A stretch of 64,000 nucleotides of DNA from assembly GCF_009914755.1 (NCBI RefSeq), contig NC_060925.1, one strand, 5' to 3'. A program made the position numbers and the translations under genes. The notes below the pieces were generated by a model. That model was given only the letters and a program-made list of their open reading frames with translations. It did not search any database and had not been told where the DNA came from. The DNA is from the human T2T-CHM13v2.0 reference genome, Homo sapiens. Shown piece by piece: positions 40,935 to 55,166 of the stretch (positions are counted from its first letter, which is position 1; each line of letters starts with the position of its first letter).

Positions 40935-42596
40935 TTTTTTGTTTTTTTTTTTTTTTATTGATCATTCTTGGGTGTTTCTCGCAGAGGGGGATTTGGCAGG
41001 GTCATAGGACAATAGTGGAGGGAAGGTCAGCAGATAAACAAGTGAACAAAGGTCTCTGGTTTTCCTAGGCAGAGGACCCTGCGGCCTTCCGCAGTGTTTG
41101 TGTCCCTGGGTACTTAAGATTAGGGAGTGGTGATGACTCTTAAGGAGCATGCTGCCTTCAAGCATCTGTTTAACAAAGCACATCTTGCACCGCCCTTAAT
41201 CCATTTAACCCTGAGTGGACACAACACATGTTTCAGAGAGCACAGGGTTGGGGATAAGGTCACAGATCAACAGGATCCCAAGGCAGAAGAATTTTTCTTA
41301 GTACAGAACAAAATGAAAAGTCTCCCATGTCTACTTCTATCCACACAGACCCGCCAACCATCCGATTTCTCAATTTTTTCCCCACCCTTCCCGCCTTTCT
41401 ATTCCACAAAACCGCCATTGTCATCATGGCCCATCCCCATTGAGCCGCTGGGCACACCTCCCAGACGGGGTCGTGGCCGGGCAGAGGGGCTCCTCACTTC
41501 CCAGTAGGGGCGGCCGGGCAGAAGCGCCCCTCACCTCCCGGATGGGGCGGCTGGCCGGGCGGGGGGCTGACCCCCCCACCTCCCTCCCGGACGGGGCGGC
41601 TGGCCGGGCAGAGGGGTCCTCACTTCCCAGTAGGGGCGGCCGGGCAGAGGCACCCCTCACCTCCTGGATGGGGCGGCTGGCCAGGCGGGGGGCTGACCCC
41701 CCCACCTCCCTCCCGGACGGGGCGGCTGCCGGGCGGAGACGCTCCTCACTTCCCAGACGGGGTGGCTGCCGGACGGAGGGGCTCCTCACTTCTCAGACGG
41801 GGCGGTTGCCAGGCAGAGGGTTTCCTCACTTCTCAGATGGGGCGGCCGGGCAGAGACGCTCCTCACCTCCCAGACAGGGTTGCGGCCCAGCAGAGGCGCT
41901 CCTCACATCCCAGACAGGGCGGCGGGGCAGAGGTGCTCCCCACATCTCAGACGATGGGCTGCCGGGCAGAGACACTCCTCACTTCCTAGATGGGATGGCG
42001 GCCGGGAAGAGGCGCTCCTCGCTTCCTAGATGGGATGGCAGCCGGGCAGAGACGCTCCTCACTTCCCTGACTGGGCAGCCAGGCAGAGGGGCTCCTCACA
42101 TCCCAGACGATGGGCGGCCAAGCAGAGACGCTCCTCACTTCCCAGACGGGGTGGCGGCCGGGCAGAGGCTGCAATCTCGGCTCTTTGGGAGGCCAAGGCA
42201 GGCGGCTGGGAGGTGGAGGTTGTAGCGAGCCGAGATCACGCCACTGCACTCCAGCCTGGGCAACATTGAGCACTGAGTGAACCAGACTCCGTCTGCAATC
42301 CCGGCACCTCGGGAGGCCGAGGCTGGCGGATCACTCGCGATTAGGAGCTGGAGACCAGCCCGGCCAACACAGCGAAACCCCGTCTCCACCAAAAAAAAAC
42401 GAAAACCAGTCAGGCGTGGCGGCGCGCGCCTGCAATCGCACGCACTCGGCAGGCTGAGTCAGGAGAATCAGGCAGGGAGGTTGCAGTGAGCCGAGATGGC
42501 AGCAGTACCGTCCAGCTTTGGCTCGGCATCAGAGGGAGACCGTGGAAAGGAGACCGTGGAGAGAGGGAGAGGGAGAGGGAGGGGGAGAGGGAGAGA
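40935..42596 (-). mobile_element. Full-length SVA retrotransposon (C/D-like), antisense to SLC35F3
   Basis: Poly-T, SINE-R (ttattgatcattcttgggtgtttctcgcagaggggg...), GC-rich VNTR (about 41450-42165), Alu-like domain, and (CCCTCT)n read as gagagg at 42560-42595; 12-bp TSD aagcacatggtt (40923-40934, 42597-42608). Confidence 0.97.
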
Positions 42597-43693
42597 AAGC
42601 ACATGGTTATATACTTATGACCTAACAATTCCATGCTAGGCTTTTATGGATTGGAATCCAAAGAAACTGTACAAAAAAGAATGATAGCAGCAGCAGTGTT
42701 TTTAATAACAAAACACCCAAAAGCAACCCAAATGTTCCAACAGAGGAATGGAAGTCATTAGACCACTTCCTACCAGCCCTACCATGTCTACCCAAGACTG
42801 AGACATCAACGTGGGGATCTCATGTTGAAATATGATCCTGATTGTTCCACGTGCCACACGATGGAATATCATACGGCAGTGAAAATCAGTGGACTTCGGC
42901 AGTAGACTTCTCCATGGAGGAGACTCTGCAACATAGTGTTAGACAAAAAAACTAAAGCAAATCACAGATTAATACAGTGTGATTCCACTGATGTGATGTT
43001 TGAGGCCTGCACACCTAAACTATATGTTGATTACACACACATACACACACAGACACATATATAGTACATACCTATTATAAATACTATAAAAAACGTAAAA
43101 GGAATATAAGCCCATGATAATAGTAGTCTATTGGGGAAAAGGAAGGACTCATGGAGTCTTCAAAGTTACTGAAAATGTTCTAGTTTTTAAGCTTATTGTT
43201 GAGCATACTGTTATTTCACCTTTCATGTAGTGTAAATATTTTTACACATCCAATATTTAGTTTAATATGTTAAAGAATATTTCATTTAATATTTTAAAGA
43301 AAATTTTAATTGGAGGAGGACCATTTCCTGATATTGAACTGTTAACAGAAGCAAAAAAGGGGCCTCACCCTTCCCACAGCTGGTGAGATTATCAAACCAT
43401 GATTACTGAGAGATGGTGTCTAAAGGGCCTCCTATACAGGCAAGGTGGGAAGTAACCAGAATAGAACAGAATACATCAACCAGGTGGTACATCTTCCAGG
43501 GATGCCCAGGATCAAATGCAGGGCTAATTTATGCTAAGTTGACAAAAGTACCTATTTTGGTCACTGTCCATCCTTCCTGCAGCCCAGTGTGTCCCAGACC
43601 CCACCCACCCACTCAGGCATGCATGCTGCCCTCCCTTTACATTCCCAAAACTGGCACCCCTTGGTGAGTTGCAGAGCATGCTATATTTCTAAG

Positions 43694-44149
43694 TGCCATA
43701 GTTTGGATGTTTGTCCCCTCTAAATCTCATGTTGAGATTCAATCCCCATTATTCGATGCAGGGCCTAATGGGAGATGTTTGGCTCATGGGGGCATGAATA
43801 GATTCTGGGTTGTGTGAGTTGTCACCCTGTTAGTTCCCATGAATAGAACCCCTGGATTTGGGATGTGTGTGTTCTCACCCTATTAGTTCTCATAAGAGCT
43901 GGTTTTTTAAAAAACGGCTGGCACCCCAACCTTCTCTCTTGCTTCCCCTCTCACCACGTGATCTCTGCACACACTGGCTCCCCTTCCGCTTCTGCCATGA
44001 GTGGAAGCTCCCGGAGGCCTCCCCAGAAGCAGGTGCTGGTGTCATGCTTCTTGTACAGCCTGCAAACCATGAGCTAAACAAACCTCTCTTCTTTATAAAT
44101 TCCCCAGCCTCAGGTATTCCTTTATAGCAACACTAAATGGACCAAAACA
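43694..44149 (+). mobile_element. MSTB-type MaLR solo LTR
   Basis: tgccatagtttggatgtttgtcccctctaaatctcatgttgag...cctcaggtattcctttatagcaacactaaatggaccaaaaca; near-TSD ctaag/ctaac. Confidence 0.88.
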
Positions 44150-45892
44150 CTAACCTTCACATCTTCATTAAAGCCCACAAACCCATGCCCATTGTCCACT
44201 TGCTCTTCTAGGACAAACTGAGTTACAAGGATTAAAAATTCTCACTAATACATGAAGACTAATACCTCCTGATTAATACCTTCATTCCTACATGTGGATT
44301 TTGTTTTCGTTCATTTTGGTTATGCAAAATTTTTGGCACCTGCCCCCTGCCTCAATTCCTCCCACACCAAGAAACCATCTCAGAGTCATTTTGCTTCTGC
44401 CAGTGAGTCATAAAATCATCCTGGCTTCAGAAAGGGAAGCCACCAGCCTCAAGGAGAGGGTCCATTCTACAAATTCTATAAAGCAATTCTCAGGTTATCT
44501 TATCTTCTCAGAAATAAAACAGATAAATCTATTGTTGTTTACATATTGAGGGGTATGTGGTTGAGGCATGGCCGGTGATACAGATAAATAATTTTAGGCT
44601 AAATTAAACATTTCATCATGTTGATCTGTGGCAGAATGCAGCTTTTAGACCACAATGCTACCGTTCCAATGACATTCACTTCACCCTCATCCTACAGAGC
44701 CCTTGGAGAAAGTGGTAATTGCCTACAAAGCTCATTGCACATTCTGGAGGTCCGTGCTGGCCCAGCCCTGCTAACTGTGATGGATGGACATTCTAAGCTG
44801 AGATGAGAGCAAAGGCTTTTTGCGAGACAAAAAGGCAACTGATTGTTTCAGGCATCACTCTTGAAGGATGTTCGTGTAACAACTTGCAAGGCCAAATTGG
44901 GATGATGCCTGCCTGACGCAGGGCTTGTCAAGGTGGGAGGCAGGTGTTGTAGTGGCCCAGGAGAGGCAAGCTTGATGATGCTGCTCAGAAGTTGTCCTCA
45001 TCATGCTTATAGAAGGTTTAGTGTTGACCAGTGCCAATTCTATGCATGTTGTGATATGGGAAAACATGGCCTCTTCTGGGAAGAAGGGATCATCTTCTCT
45101 CCAGCAACACAACTCCAACAGCAGAATAATTTGATTGTAGGCAATAGCCTAAGTGTGCATTTCTTGGATTCTAAAGAACCCATTTCCTGTGGAATTTTAT
45201 TGCTGTTAAAACTTGGATGAAGTTCAAATCATAGGCTTTCTAAAATAGTCAGAGGCCAGCTATAAATTTAAAGATGTGTGGGAAATATGAGTCAGTCGAG
45301 TCCATTCGGTTGCCCCAATCATTACTACTGAGATAGACTTTCTACGTAGGTTTATTCCTATTGTTGTCATGAGGGTCCGAGAAGGCACAAGAACTGAGCA
45401 AAAAACACACTTATTTTGAAGCATATACAGGGCACCTATAGTATGATGAGTCATTCTTCATTTTCAGATCGTTAAAAAGAAAAGTCCTTGAAATCTTGTT
45501 GCTGAACTCTTGTGGAAACTAGTAATACAGAAACTGAAAACAGAATTATTAGTAAATGTCTCACCTTCTCTGGTTCAGAGTTTTTTCGTTTTGTGAAAGA
45601 GAAATAATGCTCTTTCTGTTATCTTTGATTGAACAGGTGTTTGTGAGGTCCCTTGAGACCCATCAGGGAAAATGTAAAAGGTGCTATAAATTTTAAAATG
45701 TTATTTATTATGCATTGATGTTATTTAATAATAATACATTTGCGGAAAGCAAGAACTTCATTCATTGAGATTTGTGTCTCAGGTTTTATCATATCATGAA
45801 TAGACTTTGTACACAAAGAAAAACTAAAATATTGCTAGTAAATCAATCTGGTACCATGATCCCAGTGAATAATGATAATTCCTTGACCTTCA

Positions 45893-46243
<351 letters not shown>

Positions 46244-49147
46244 AAATGTGTGAAGACAACAGGCAGAGAATGATAAAATCCATTCATATTTAAGAATCCT
46301 TACCTGGCCCTCCTGATGGAATATTCTAGAACCGTGTATACTTTCCAGGGTGTGGAAAGTAGGAGTAATAGAAGGGCAGCACGTAATTATTAATAAAACT
46401 TTTCAAAGAGGACAGGAAACAAGACCTAAAGCGTTCTAGAAGTGGAGAAACTCACTTCAACCACAGACTATAAGACCAGACAAGTTAAGAAGTAGCACTT
46501 CCAGAACATCTTTGCATGTATACTTTTGGAGTAACATCTTCATCTCTGATCCTCCCCTGCATTTGAAATTGTTCTGAGATAGGGTGGACTGGGATTGTGG
46601 GGTGAGGGTAGGGTACAGACATAGACCAATCCAGCCGTCTTCAGATGAGTCATGAAGGAAGTCGAGAGATGGATGAGGACTTGGCCTCTGTGCTCTTCAA
46701 GATCCCTTCCACCCTGGAGAGTCTGTGTCCTGTGACTTCCCCAAAGAAGCTTTATTGCTCTTTCTGAAGATGCTTCTAGAACAGCATTGGGTCTTTCTTA
46801 AATCTCAGGTTTTCCCATTCTTTTTCCTTTCCATGATAGTGACCACTCCCATATAGACTTGCTTTCCAAATGGCGTGCTGCCTGGTTCCACATGTCCTCT
46901 TGGTGGGTGGCTGCCTGCCCCTGTTTGTTGTTCTCTTGCCTGGCTGCTGCTTCTCCCAGCCAGTGTGGACAGCAGGCTCGCTGCCCCTGATGTGCCATGG
47001 GGTCAGCACAGCATCAGAACTCTCAGGTGGACTTGGAAGCCCGCGCAGGACAGTCACAGCCCCTGGGGGCTTTACTAATGAGGCTACATGAACTGCCTCT
47101 CTGGTCGGCACTCCTCGGATCCCTCTCTTGCTTTTCTGTCACCTTTTCCTTGTATTCCCTAATCCATTATTGAATCATGTGTGCATTATGTCATCATCTG
47201 ACACCTGCTGCATTCAGGGAATTGCCAGCATGGGCTCACTCCAGCTGTCCCTGCCTGGTTCTCTGGAGTTGGCACTCCTACCTTCAATGCATCGATTTGA
47301 ATCATTATTTCCAAACCCAGACGTCTGACTGCCAGCTGTGTCTACTTATTTTTACTATCCCTTATACAGGCTGTTGCCTATAAGTCTTCAGAAGCTTGGC
47401 GATGGCTTTCTTTGACTTTCTTTATTGATGACTGCCCAGAAGGGCCCACACCGGTGTGAGTGGTACAGGGGATGCAGGGAACGCAAGCCCAGGCAACCCC
47501 CCTCCCACGAGCCTCCCTGCAATTCCAGCAGTCTGTCCTGCCCCCCTATCTGGAGTAGCCAAGAACTTAGGTTTGTGCTGAGCATTTTTGAAGAGGCAGC
47601 AGGAAGGCCAGAAGCACATCCTGCTATCACAAAATAATACTCCATCTTTCAGGATCGTGAAAATTTGAGTTATAAATTACGTGATACAGATTCTAAATGA
47701 TGCAAGACTTCACAAGAGGTCAGGTGAAGGCTGGATGGCCTCAGAAGGATGGCTTCAGAAGGCCTTCAGAAGGATTGCTACAATTCATCATGCACAAGGT
47801 GTTGAGGGTCTGGAGCAGGGAAGGAATGGGGGGCATCTGAATGGAGAAATGGGGACTTGATGGAGGATTCATGAAATGATTTTTAGGATACTTGAGGGCT
47901 TGGGAGGAATACACACAGTCTGGAAAGTCCCCCTGCTTAAGGGTGCCACAATCCAGCTCCCGGAGGCATCCAGATGAAGCAAAAGGTAAGACTGACCAGC
48001 ACAAGTGACTGTGGACCGCATACTCATTACATGCTGCACATGGTAGCATTTGTGTACAAAATAGGCCACATGCTGGATAGTGTTTTGGTTAAAAAAAAAC
48101 CATCACATGCATTGAACTCCACTTTTAAAAGGAAAAACAGATACAAAGTCAGTTATCTATGGTCTCCATAGCTTGATTCTTAAAAATTGGGGTTAGCGAA
48201 ATGTTGATAGTTCTCAGGGGGAAATGTGAACGTTGGTTCTAATTAAAACTGTCTTATTGGAATTTCCAGGCAGCTGGAGAACAAATACAAAAATCTTAAT
48301 TAAAAGACCGTTTTGTGAGGTCTTCAACTTCTTCTCCATTTCACCAACACGCTGCACAGTCTGTGTATTCAGCGTCACCAAAGAGATTTTTAATTCATCA
48401 GCCTGGTTTTTGTGGATTGTTCGTTGCCTTCTCAGTGCTGTAACACATAGAGACACTGGTACAGGCATTAGGAAGGATGGGAGAAGATACCAAATGGTAT
48501 AAGACATGGTCTGGTATTTCCAGGGATAGGATCATCCATTTAGGAAAACAGCTACATAGAGACATGCACAACATTACAAAGAAACTCGAGAAATTTCACA
48601 GAAAACAGCACATAATCAATTGTCAAGTGGGATCCCTGGATAGTAACTTCAGGAAAGAGGAATGTCTGTGAGTGAGCACACCAAGGCCAGGGCACGAGAC
48701 GCCAGGGCTCCCTGCTGACAGTAGGATAATGCACTTCTCTGCTCATCTCCTAACCACACTTGGAAAAGCCATCCAAGCCAAGGCGATTGTGATGGTGCAG
48801 ATTCCAACTGCTGAGGAAGAACACCCTGGCTGGTGACTTTGCCCCTAGTCCTTGTCTATCTAGTCCTCACAAACATTAATCTTCAATGTTGTATACAAAA
48901 GCAGACAGAATTCTGCATTTCAAGGACTCTATTTCTGTCTTAAAAGTGGCATGCAGGCTTGGAGGATGCCAAAGAACAAAAAATGCCATGCAGAATACTA
49001 GAGAGGGATTTTATTTGCATTAAATGAAAAAGAATGAGTTCTCCATCAATGCCCTACTTCTTTCTTCATATACCACATTCCCACCCACTCCTATTCTATT
49101 CCAGACCCTCACCACCTTGTGACATATATTGCCGCAACCCTTCTGAA

Positions 49148-49507
49148 AGCCTCCCTCATCGGAAAATCCAAAATCTGAAATGCTTCAAATCTGAAGGTTT
49201 CTGAGCACCGACAAGACCCAAGTGGAAAATTTCACACCGGACCTCATTTGATGCGTCACAGTCAAAACGTAGTCAAAGCTTTGTTACATGCACAAAATTC
49301 TTTAAAATATTGTAGAAAATTACCCTCAGGCTATGTGTACAAAGTGTATCAGAAACGTAAATGGTTTTCTTGTTTAGACTTGGGTTCCGTCCCCTGAGAT
49401 AACATCATTGTGGATATGTAAACATCCCAAAATCCCAAAAAAAAAAAAATTAGAAATTCAAAATACTTCTGGTCCCAAGCATTTTGGATAAGGAATACTC
49501 AGCCTAT
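49148..49507. mobile_element. Tigger4b/MER46 (Zombi) fossil
   Basis: aaaatccaaaatctgaaatgct...gtggaaaatttcacacc...cttctggtcccaagcattttggataaggaatactcagcct. Confidence 0.8.
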
Positions 49508-49637
49508 ATCTCATTCATTAAGATATCAATTTCATTCCCCTGAATTCCTTATTTTATGTCACCCCTAGTTAAGAGAACACAGATTCTTTTCTCAATATTG
49601 CAGAGACAGAGGGATGCTCAAAACTCCTACATCAGCT

Positions 49638-49740
49638 GAGATAGATAGGTGGGTGGGTTGGCTTGTAGGTAGGTAGTTAGGTAGGTAGATAGACAGACAG
49701 ACAGACACACACACACACACAAACATACACACACAACACA
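49638..49740. repeat. Compound tetranucleotide/dinucleotide microsatellite (GATA/GGTG/GGTA/GACA/CA)
   Basis: Direct reading. Confidence 0.85.
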
Positions 49741-49854
49741 TATCCTGAAACAGACACACATCACTCAGGTCCTGACCTCAGATAGTCAGTTTTCCTGCAG
49801 TATGTTCTCCGATCAGGTCAACTCTGATAAATGAAACATCATTGGTAAGTATTG

Positions 49855-49916
49855 AAAAAAAAAAAAATATATATATATATATATATAGCACAGAAGATGC
49901 TGCTGCTGCTGCTGCT
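49855..49916. repeat. A-tract + (AT)n + (GCT)n
   Basis: Direct reading. Confidence 0.9.
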
Positions 49917-50150
49917 AGCTAACATTTGTTTAGTATTAATATGTGCCAGGTACTGTTCTAAGCACTGTGCACATATTAAATAATGTAAACCGAATAAGAA
50001 CTCAGTAGAGTAGGTACCTTTATTTTCTTCATTTCCATATAAGACTGAGGCACCAGCAGCTTTCATCCTTTGCGCAACACAACACAGCTATGAAATGAAA
50101 GAGTCAGAAGATGAGCTCAGGTGGTCCAAGCCCAGAGCCCACACTCTTCA
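49915..50150 (-). mobile_element. MIR
   Basis: agctaacatttgtttagtattaatatgtgccaggtactgttctaagcact...aagactgaggcac. Confidence 0.75.
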
Positions 50151-52015
50151 TCATATATGAGGCAACATTGGGAGAGGGTAGGTAGTTGCTATGAGACCTA
50201 GTAATGGTCATCAACTCAGCATTTTATCACCCCTTTTTACAGTTAATTAAGTAGGATATTTTAATGCAACAGAAATCAGGACAAATTCTCATTATAGCCA
50301 GTCTGTAAAGAGAAATGCTAAATTAAGCCTCTTCAATTTCAGAAATGCTGAAATCTAGTATATTTCCGGTCCTCCAACATGATGCGGCTATGGACCTGAG
50401 ATAAGCTCTGAATGCCTGTCTTTTCTCATCCACAGTGAGACTCATTCACCAGAATCTGTGCATGTTCAGAACAGAGAGACTTAGAAGCTAGAGGAGGTCA
50501 CGCAAGGTCGTGTAGCAGAGGCAGTGCTGGGCAGCTCAGTGTGGGAGACCCTCCCAGTATCCCTCTACTGTGTATAAGGCAGAGTACACATTCTAGATAA
50601 CATTACAGCTTATTGTACATGGATTCTAACTAACTCAGTAGAAAGCTTCAGGAAGATGGGAGCTGTGTCCTGTTGATCCATATCTATCACCAGGACCTGG
50701 CCCAGTGCCTGAGACAGAAGACATAACGGGTAATTAACAAGGAGGATTATGCACAGGAGAACAAACAGAACACACCTCTCTATTGCGACAACTCTCATTC
50801 AAGCAGACTTATTCTCCAGGCAGGTCACGTTCTATGCCTGTATTTCTGCTTTATAAATGGCTTGCAGGCCTGGCAGGTGCCAAAGAAAAAATAAAATGTC
50901 ATGCAGAAAAATAGCGATTTTATTAAATGAAAAATGAGGAAGACTCTTATTTGGATGTTAATGGAATCCAGCTAGGGCCTTGCTATAAATAACATTTGGT
51001 GCCCAGCATCTGGCCTCTTGCCACTGGCATCAACAGTGAAGCAGGTGGAGGGCAAGAGGGGCTGATGTGGGCACCCAGGGGGAGTTTGGGGGTGTTCCTC
51101 TTCCCCTCAATGCTGGGCTTTCTCTGAACACTCATAACTTAAAATAGCAGTTTCTCAATTGTTTAAGAGGAAAGGGGAAAGACCAGAGCCATTCTCACAG
51201 GGATGATGGTGCCCTTCTCTAATGTCATCCCAGCCCTTGGCTCTTCACAAAACCATCATCCACAGTCCAATGAGAGAAACTAAATCCAGCTACCAGGGCT
51301 CTGTGTGGCCGGCGGTAGGTTGGGGGTTGAGGGGGAGTGTCCTCCCTGTCCCTGTGGATGAAGGTAATGGGGAGAGGCCAGCAGGCAGTGAAATGAGTGA
51401 GGGAGAGACAGGATGGTGTGGTTTGGAGGCTGCTGGACCGCACTTGTCAGATGTCATTGTTTTCTGGCTAGGAAGCTTTGGAAGAGAGGCAGCTCACCAA
51501 ACAGCCGTGTGCTATAGCCAGAATCTCTAGCCCAAAGGGGAATCCCTTTACCCAGACACACTGGCCATCTCAGCACGACTCAAAGGCATCTTTACATCAG
51601 TGCTGCATAGGTAGAAAAACGTTTTCTACATTTCTGGCCCTTTACTTTAGTACTCTTCTAAATTATTGGCATTGGAAGTGGGTTTGTGTTCTAGCCCAAA
51701 GTCTTATGAAATGCTAACTGAACTTTACTAAAGAAAATACACAACAAAGGGTGCCACTGTTTCCTCCCACCCTGTCTATCAACTTCAGTACAGATTCCTA
51801 TTGTTCTCTCATCATAACCAAGTAGAAATGGTATGCCTGCAAGGATGCAGCAATACACTGTGGATAGAAATTAGGACAAACAAGACTGATGGTTTTATAT
51901 TTGTTTTCTGGAAGGCAAACGACACTGCGAAATGAGAGAGGAAATGGCTGACAAAGAAGTTATTAACTCTAAAAGGAGGATGTGCGGCATCACTTGGGAA
52001 AAAGAAAGACTAAAA

Positions 52016-52312
52016 CAGCTGGGCGCGGTGGCTCACGCCTGTAATCTCAGTTGTTTGGGAAGCTGAGGAGGGAAGATGGCTTAAGCCAAGGAGTATACAA
52101 CCAGCCTGGGCAACATGGTGAAACCCCATCTCTACAAAAAATACAAAATTAGCCAGGCATAGAGGCATGCGCCTGTGGTCCCACCTGCTCAGGAGGCTAA
52201 GGTGGGAGGATTGCCTGAGCCTGGGGGTTGGAGGCTGCAGTGAGCCACGATCACGCCACTGCACTCCAGTCTGGGCAATAAAGCAAGACCCCATCTCGAA
52301 AAAAAAATAAAA
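52016..52312 (+). mobile_element. AluJ
   Basis: Full dimer, J-type. Confidence 0.88.
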
Positions 52313-52313
52313 G

Positions 52314-52630
52314 GGCCGGGTGCGGTGGCTCATGCCTGTAATCCCCGCACTTTGAGAGGCCAAGGCTGGTGACCACCTGAGGTCAGGATTTTGAGACCAG
52401 CCTGGCCAACATAGTGAAACCCCATTGCTACCAAAAATACAAAAATTAGACTGGTGCAATGGCACGGGCCTGTAGTCCCAGCTACTCAGGAGGCTGAAGC
52501 ACAAGAATTGCTTGAACCTGGGAGGCAGAGATTGCAGTAAGCCAAGACTGCACCACTGCACTCCAGCCTGGGCAACAGAGCGAGACTCTGTTTCAAAAGA
52601 AAAAAAAAAACGAAAAAAAAAAAGAAAAAA
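52314..52630 (+). mobile_element. AluS inserted in the A-tail of the preceding AluJ
   Basis: Starts directly after the A tail; outer flanks aaagaaagactaaa / aaagaaaaaactaaa look like the first Alu's TSD. Confidence 0.88.
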
Positions 52631-52692
52631 CTAAAGCTGAGTTGTCATTCGCATTTCTTTCTCCTAAGATAACTTTTTGTGGGACTTGATTG

Positions 52693-53520
52693 GCCTCTTA
52701 GTCCTTTCAGGTTGCTGTAACAAATGACCATAGACTGGGTGGCTTTGACAACAAATATGTACTTCTCACAGTTCTGGAGGCTGGGAAGTTCAAGATCAAG
52801 GTGCTAGCAGATCCAGTGTCTGATGAGGACCTATTTCCCGGTTTGCAGAGAGCTGTCTTCTTGTTGTACCCTTATGAGGCAGAGAGAGCAAGCTCTCTTT
52901 TGTCTCTCTTACCAGGCCATTAATCCCACTGTGAGGGCCCCAACGCCATGACCTCATCACCTTCCAAAGGTGCCTCTCTGATACCATCACACTGGGGGTT
53001 AGGATTCAACATATGAATTTTGGCGGTGTGAACCCTGAATATCTGAGACAGGTATCAGTCAATTTAGGAAGTTTATTTTGCCAAAGTGAAGGATGTGCGC
53101 TCCTGACAGCCTCACGAGGTCCTGATGACATGTGCCCAAGGTGGTCCGAGCACAGCTTGGTTTTATGCATTTTAGAGAAACATGAGACATCAATCAATAT
53201 ATGTAAGATGAACATTGGTTTAGTCTGGAAAGGTGGGATGGCTCCAAGCAAAGGCAGGACAACTGTAAGTGGGGAGGGGACTTCCAGGTCATAGGCAGAT
53301 AAGAGACAAATGGTTACATTCTTTTGAGTTTCTGATGAGCCTCTCCAAAGGGGGCAATCAGATATGCATCTATCTCAGGGAGCAAGGGGTGACTGAATAG
53401 AATAGGAGGCAGGTTTGCCCTAAGCAGTTCCCAGCTTGACTTTTCCCTTTAGGTTAGTGATTTTGGGGCCCCAAGATTTATTGCCCTTTCACAGGGGGCA
53501 CACAAATTTAGTCCATAACA
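52693..53520 (-). mobile_element. MLT1A0-like MaLR LTR interrupted by MER4A1
   Basis: tcttagtcc...ttctcacagttctggaggctgggaagttcaagatcaagg...caacatatgaattttgg [insert] gggggcacacaaatttagtccataaca. Confidence 0.82.
53027..53493 (-). mobile_element. MER4A1-like ERV1 solo LTR
   Basis: TGtgaaccctgaatatctgagacagg...ttggggccccaagatttattgccctttcaCA; TSD gcgg/gggg. Confidence 0.85.
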
Positions 53521-54774
53521 GCTTTTTAGGTGGGTTTTAAAACAGAAATCGGAAGACAGAGGGGAGACGAACATGAGGCTTACAATTTTTGATTCCCTGC
53601 TAGTCTGAGGGCCCAGAGAGTGAGGGACAGAGAGCCAGGAGCTGAGTGTGTCAGTAAGTCAGAGAAGAACATCGGCATGGTGTTCAAACAGACCTTCACA
53701 GATGGTGGGAAGTGGAGAACCTCACTGAAATCGTGCAGGGCTAGGAGCCCAGCACCCAAGTGAACATGGGCAAAATGTCTGGGAAATACCAGGCTGCCTG
53801 TGGAGTGGGCCTGGGTCGGCTGCTTACAGGGTGGGTCTAGAATAGAAAAAATGATTATGGCCAAAGCCTGCCTCACAGTGGAGAATAAAAACTAAAAATG
53901 CTAATTTGTGAATTGGTCCCATTTAAGGTTCTTTTCTCAGACCTTGGCTTTGCTCCATTCATTATGTTTTCTCCATCCCATCAAATTAGGGATGTGTTTT
54001 TCTTTCACAGGCACATTAGTTGGACTTTCCTAGACTGGCAGCATATCAGATAGGATAACTCAATTCAGGTAACAAATGATCACACTTGGCAATGGCTACA
54101 TAAGTTGGAACCTGGCTCATTAAGTGACTCATGGTTCAACTACCTAGAGGGGTCTCCTCTGTGGCCTTTGATCCTCACACAAGAGCCACACAGAGCCCTA
54201 CCCTAACAGAACATTTGCCTTCCCTTCCCATATAGAACATATTAACTAACATTTCAATGGCAGGGATTCCTCATTGGCTTCAATCCATTGCACATTAAAG
54301 AACATTCCTGCTTCCTTCTCAGCCCATGGCTTCCCCCAAAACGAGGGGGCCTACCAAATCATTTTAGGCAACAAATAGGCTTCCTCCTAAACTTTGTCTT
54401 CTCCTTATTCTTGCTGACCATCTGCTCTCAGATGCCTAAGCACATTGGTGATACAGAGAAGGGGCTATAATTAGAGTAAGAGTAACTAATGGCTGTTTAA
54501 ACCTTTCTACTGAGAATCATCATTAGATATATTCACTCTGTAGCTGAAACCGGTTTTCTGTTTATTGGAAGCCAATGGAGAGAAGAATAACCCAAGTGAC
54601 CAGGAAGTCTCAGCACAATATTGAGCTTGACAGCCTTCAGAATGGAGTGTGGGTAGAACAAGAAAATGGCTGAGTAAAGCTGAATTAAAGACAGGAAGCA
54701 TGGTGACGAGGCCCTTTCACAGCCTGGGATGATTCTCCCAAGGTCAAGACAGTCTTTACATGTCATTATGAAGA

Positions 54775-55000
54775 GCCACATTTCTCAGCACTCACCACGT
54801 GCTGGTGTGGTACTAAGCACATGTGCGTACTCTATCTCACTTCCACCGCACAGTCATCCTGACAGGTAAGCATAATGACTGTGTTCCTTTTGCAAATGGG
54901 GAAACTGAGGCTCAGAGAGATTGAACAACTTGTCATTTGTCACAGGCAGAATTTGCACCCAAGTAGGACTCCAGATCCTACCTGGCTTACTCACTACTCT
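54775..55000 (-). mobile_element. MIR
   Basis: ttttgcaaatggggaaactgaggctcagagagattgaacaactt. Confidence 0.75.
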
Positions 55001-55166
55001 GCCCTCATCCCAACCAGAATGCTGAAGTTCTGTGTGCACCAGCTGGGGCTCCCATATGAAGGGCTGCGGATCCTGCACAGCAGCTTGGGTTCCATGCTGC
55101 ATGCCTTCCTAAAGGCGGGAGTCAGCCAAGGGCATGCCTTCCCAGCCTACTGTGTTCTTATGTGAG

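Larger units (their letters stand above)
40290..43010 (+). mobile_element. Old L1M 3' remnant hosting Tigger3a and SVA
   Basis: aaaatgggcaaaaga...ggtgaggatgtg continues after the inserts as tatgacctaacaattcca...gcaacccaaatgttcc...atggaatatcatacggcagtgaaaa. Confidence 0.7.

Noticed and set aside
41127-42634. ORFs up to 261 aa in a GC-rich region
   Set aside because: All lie within the SVA SINE-R/VNTR/Alu-like domains.
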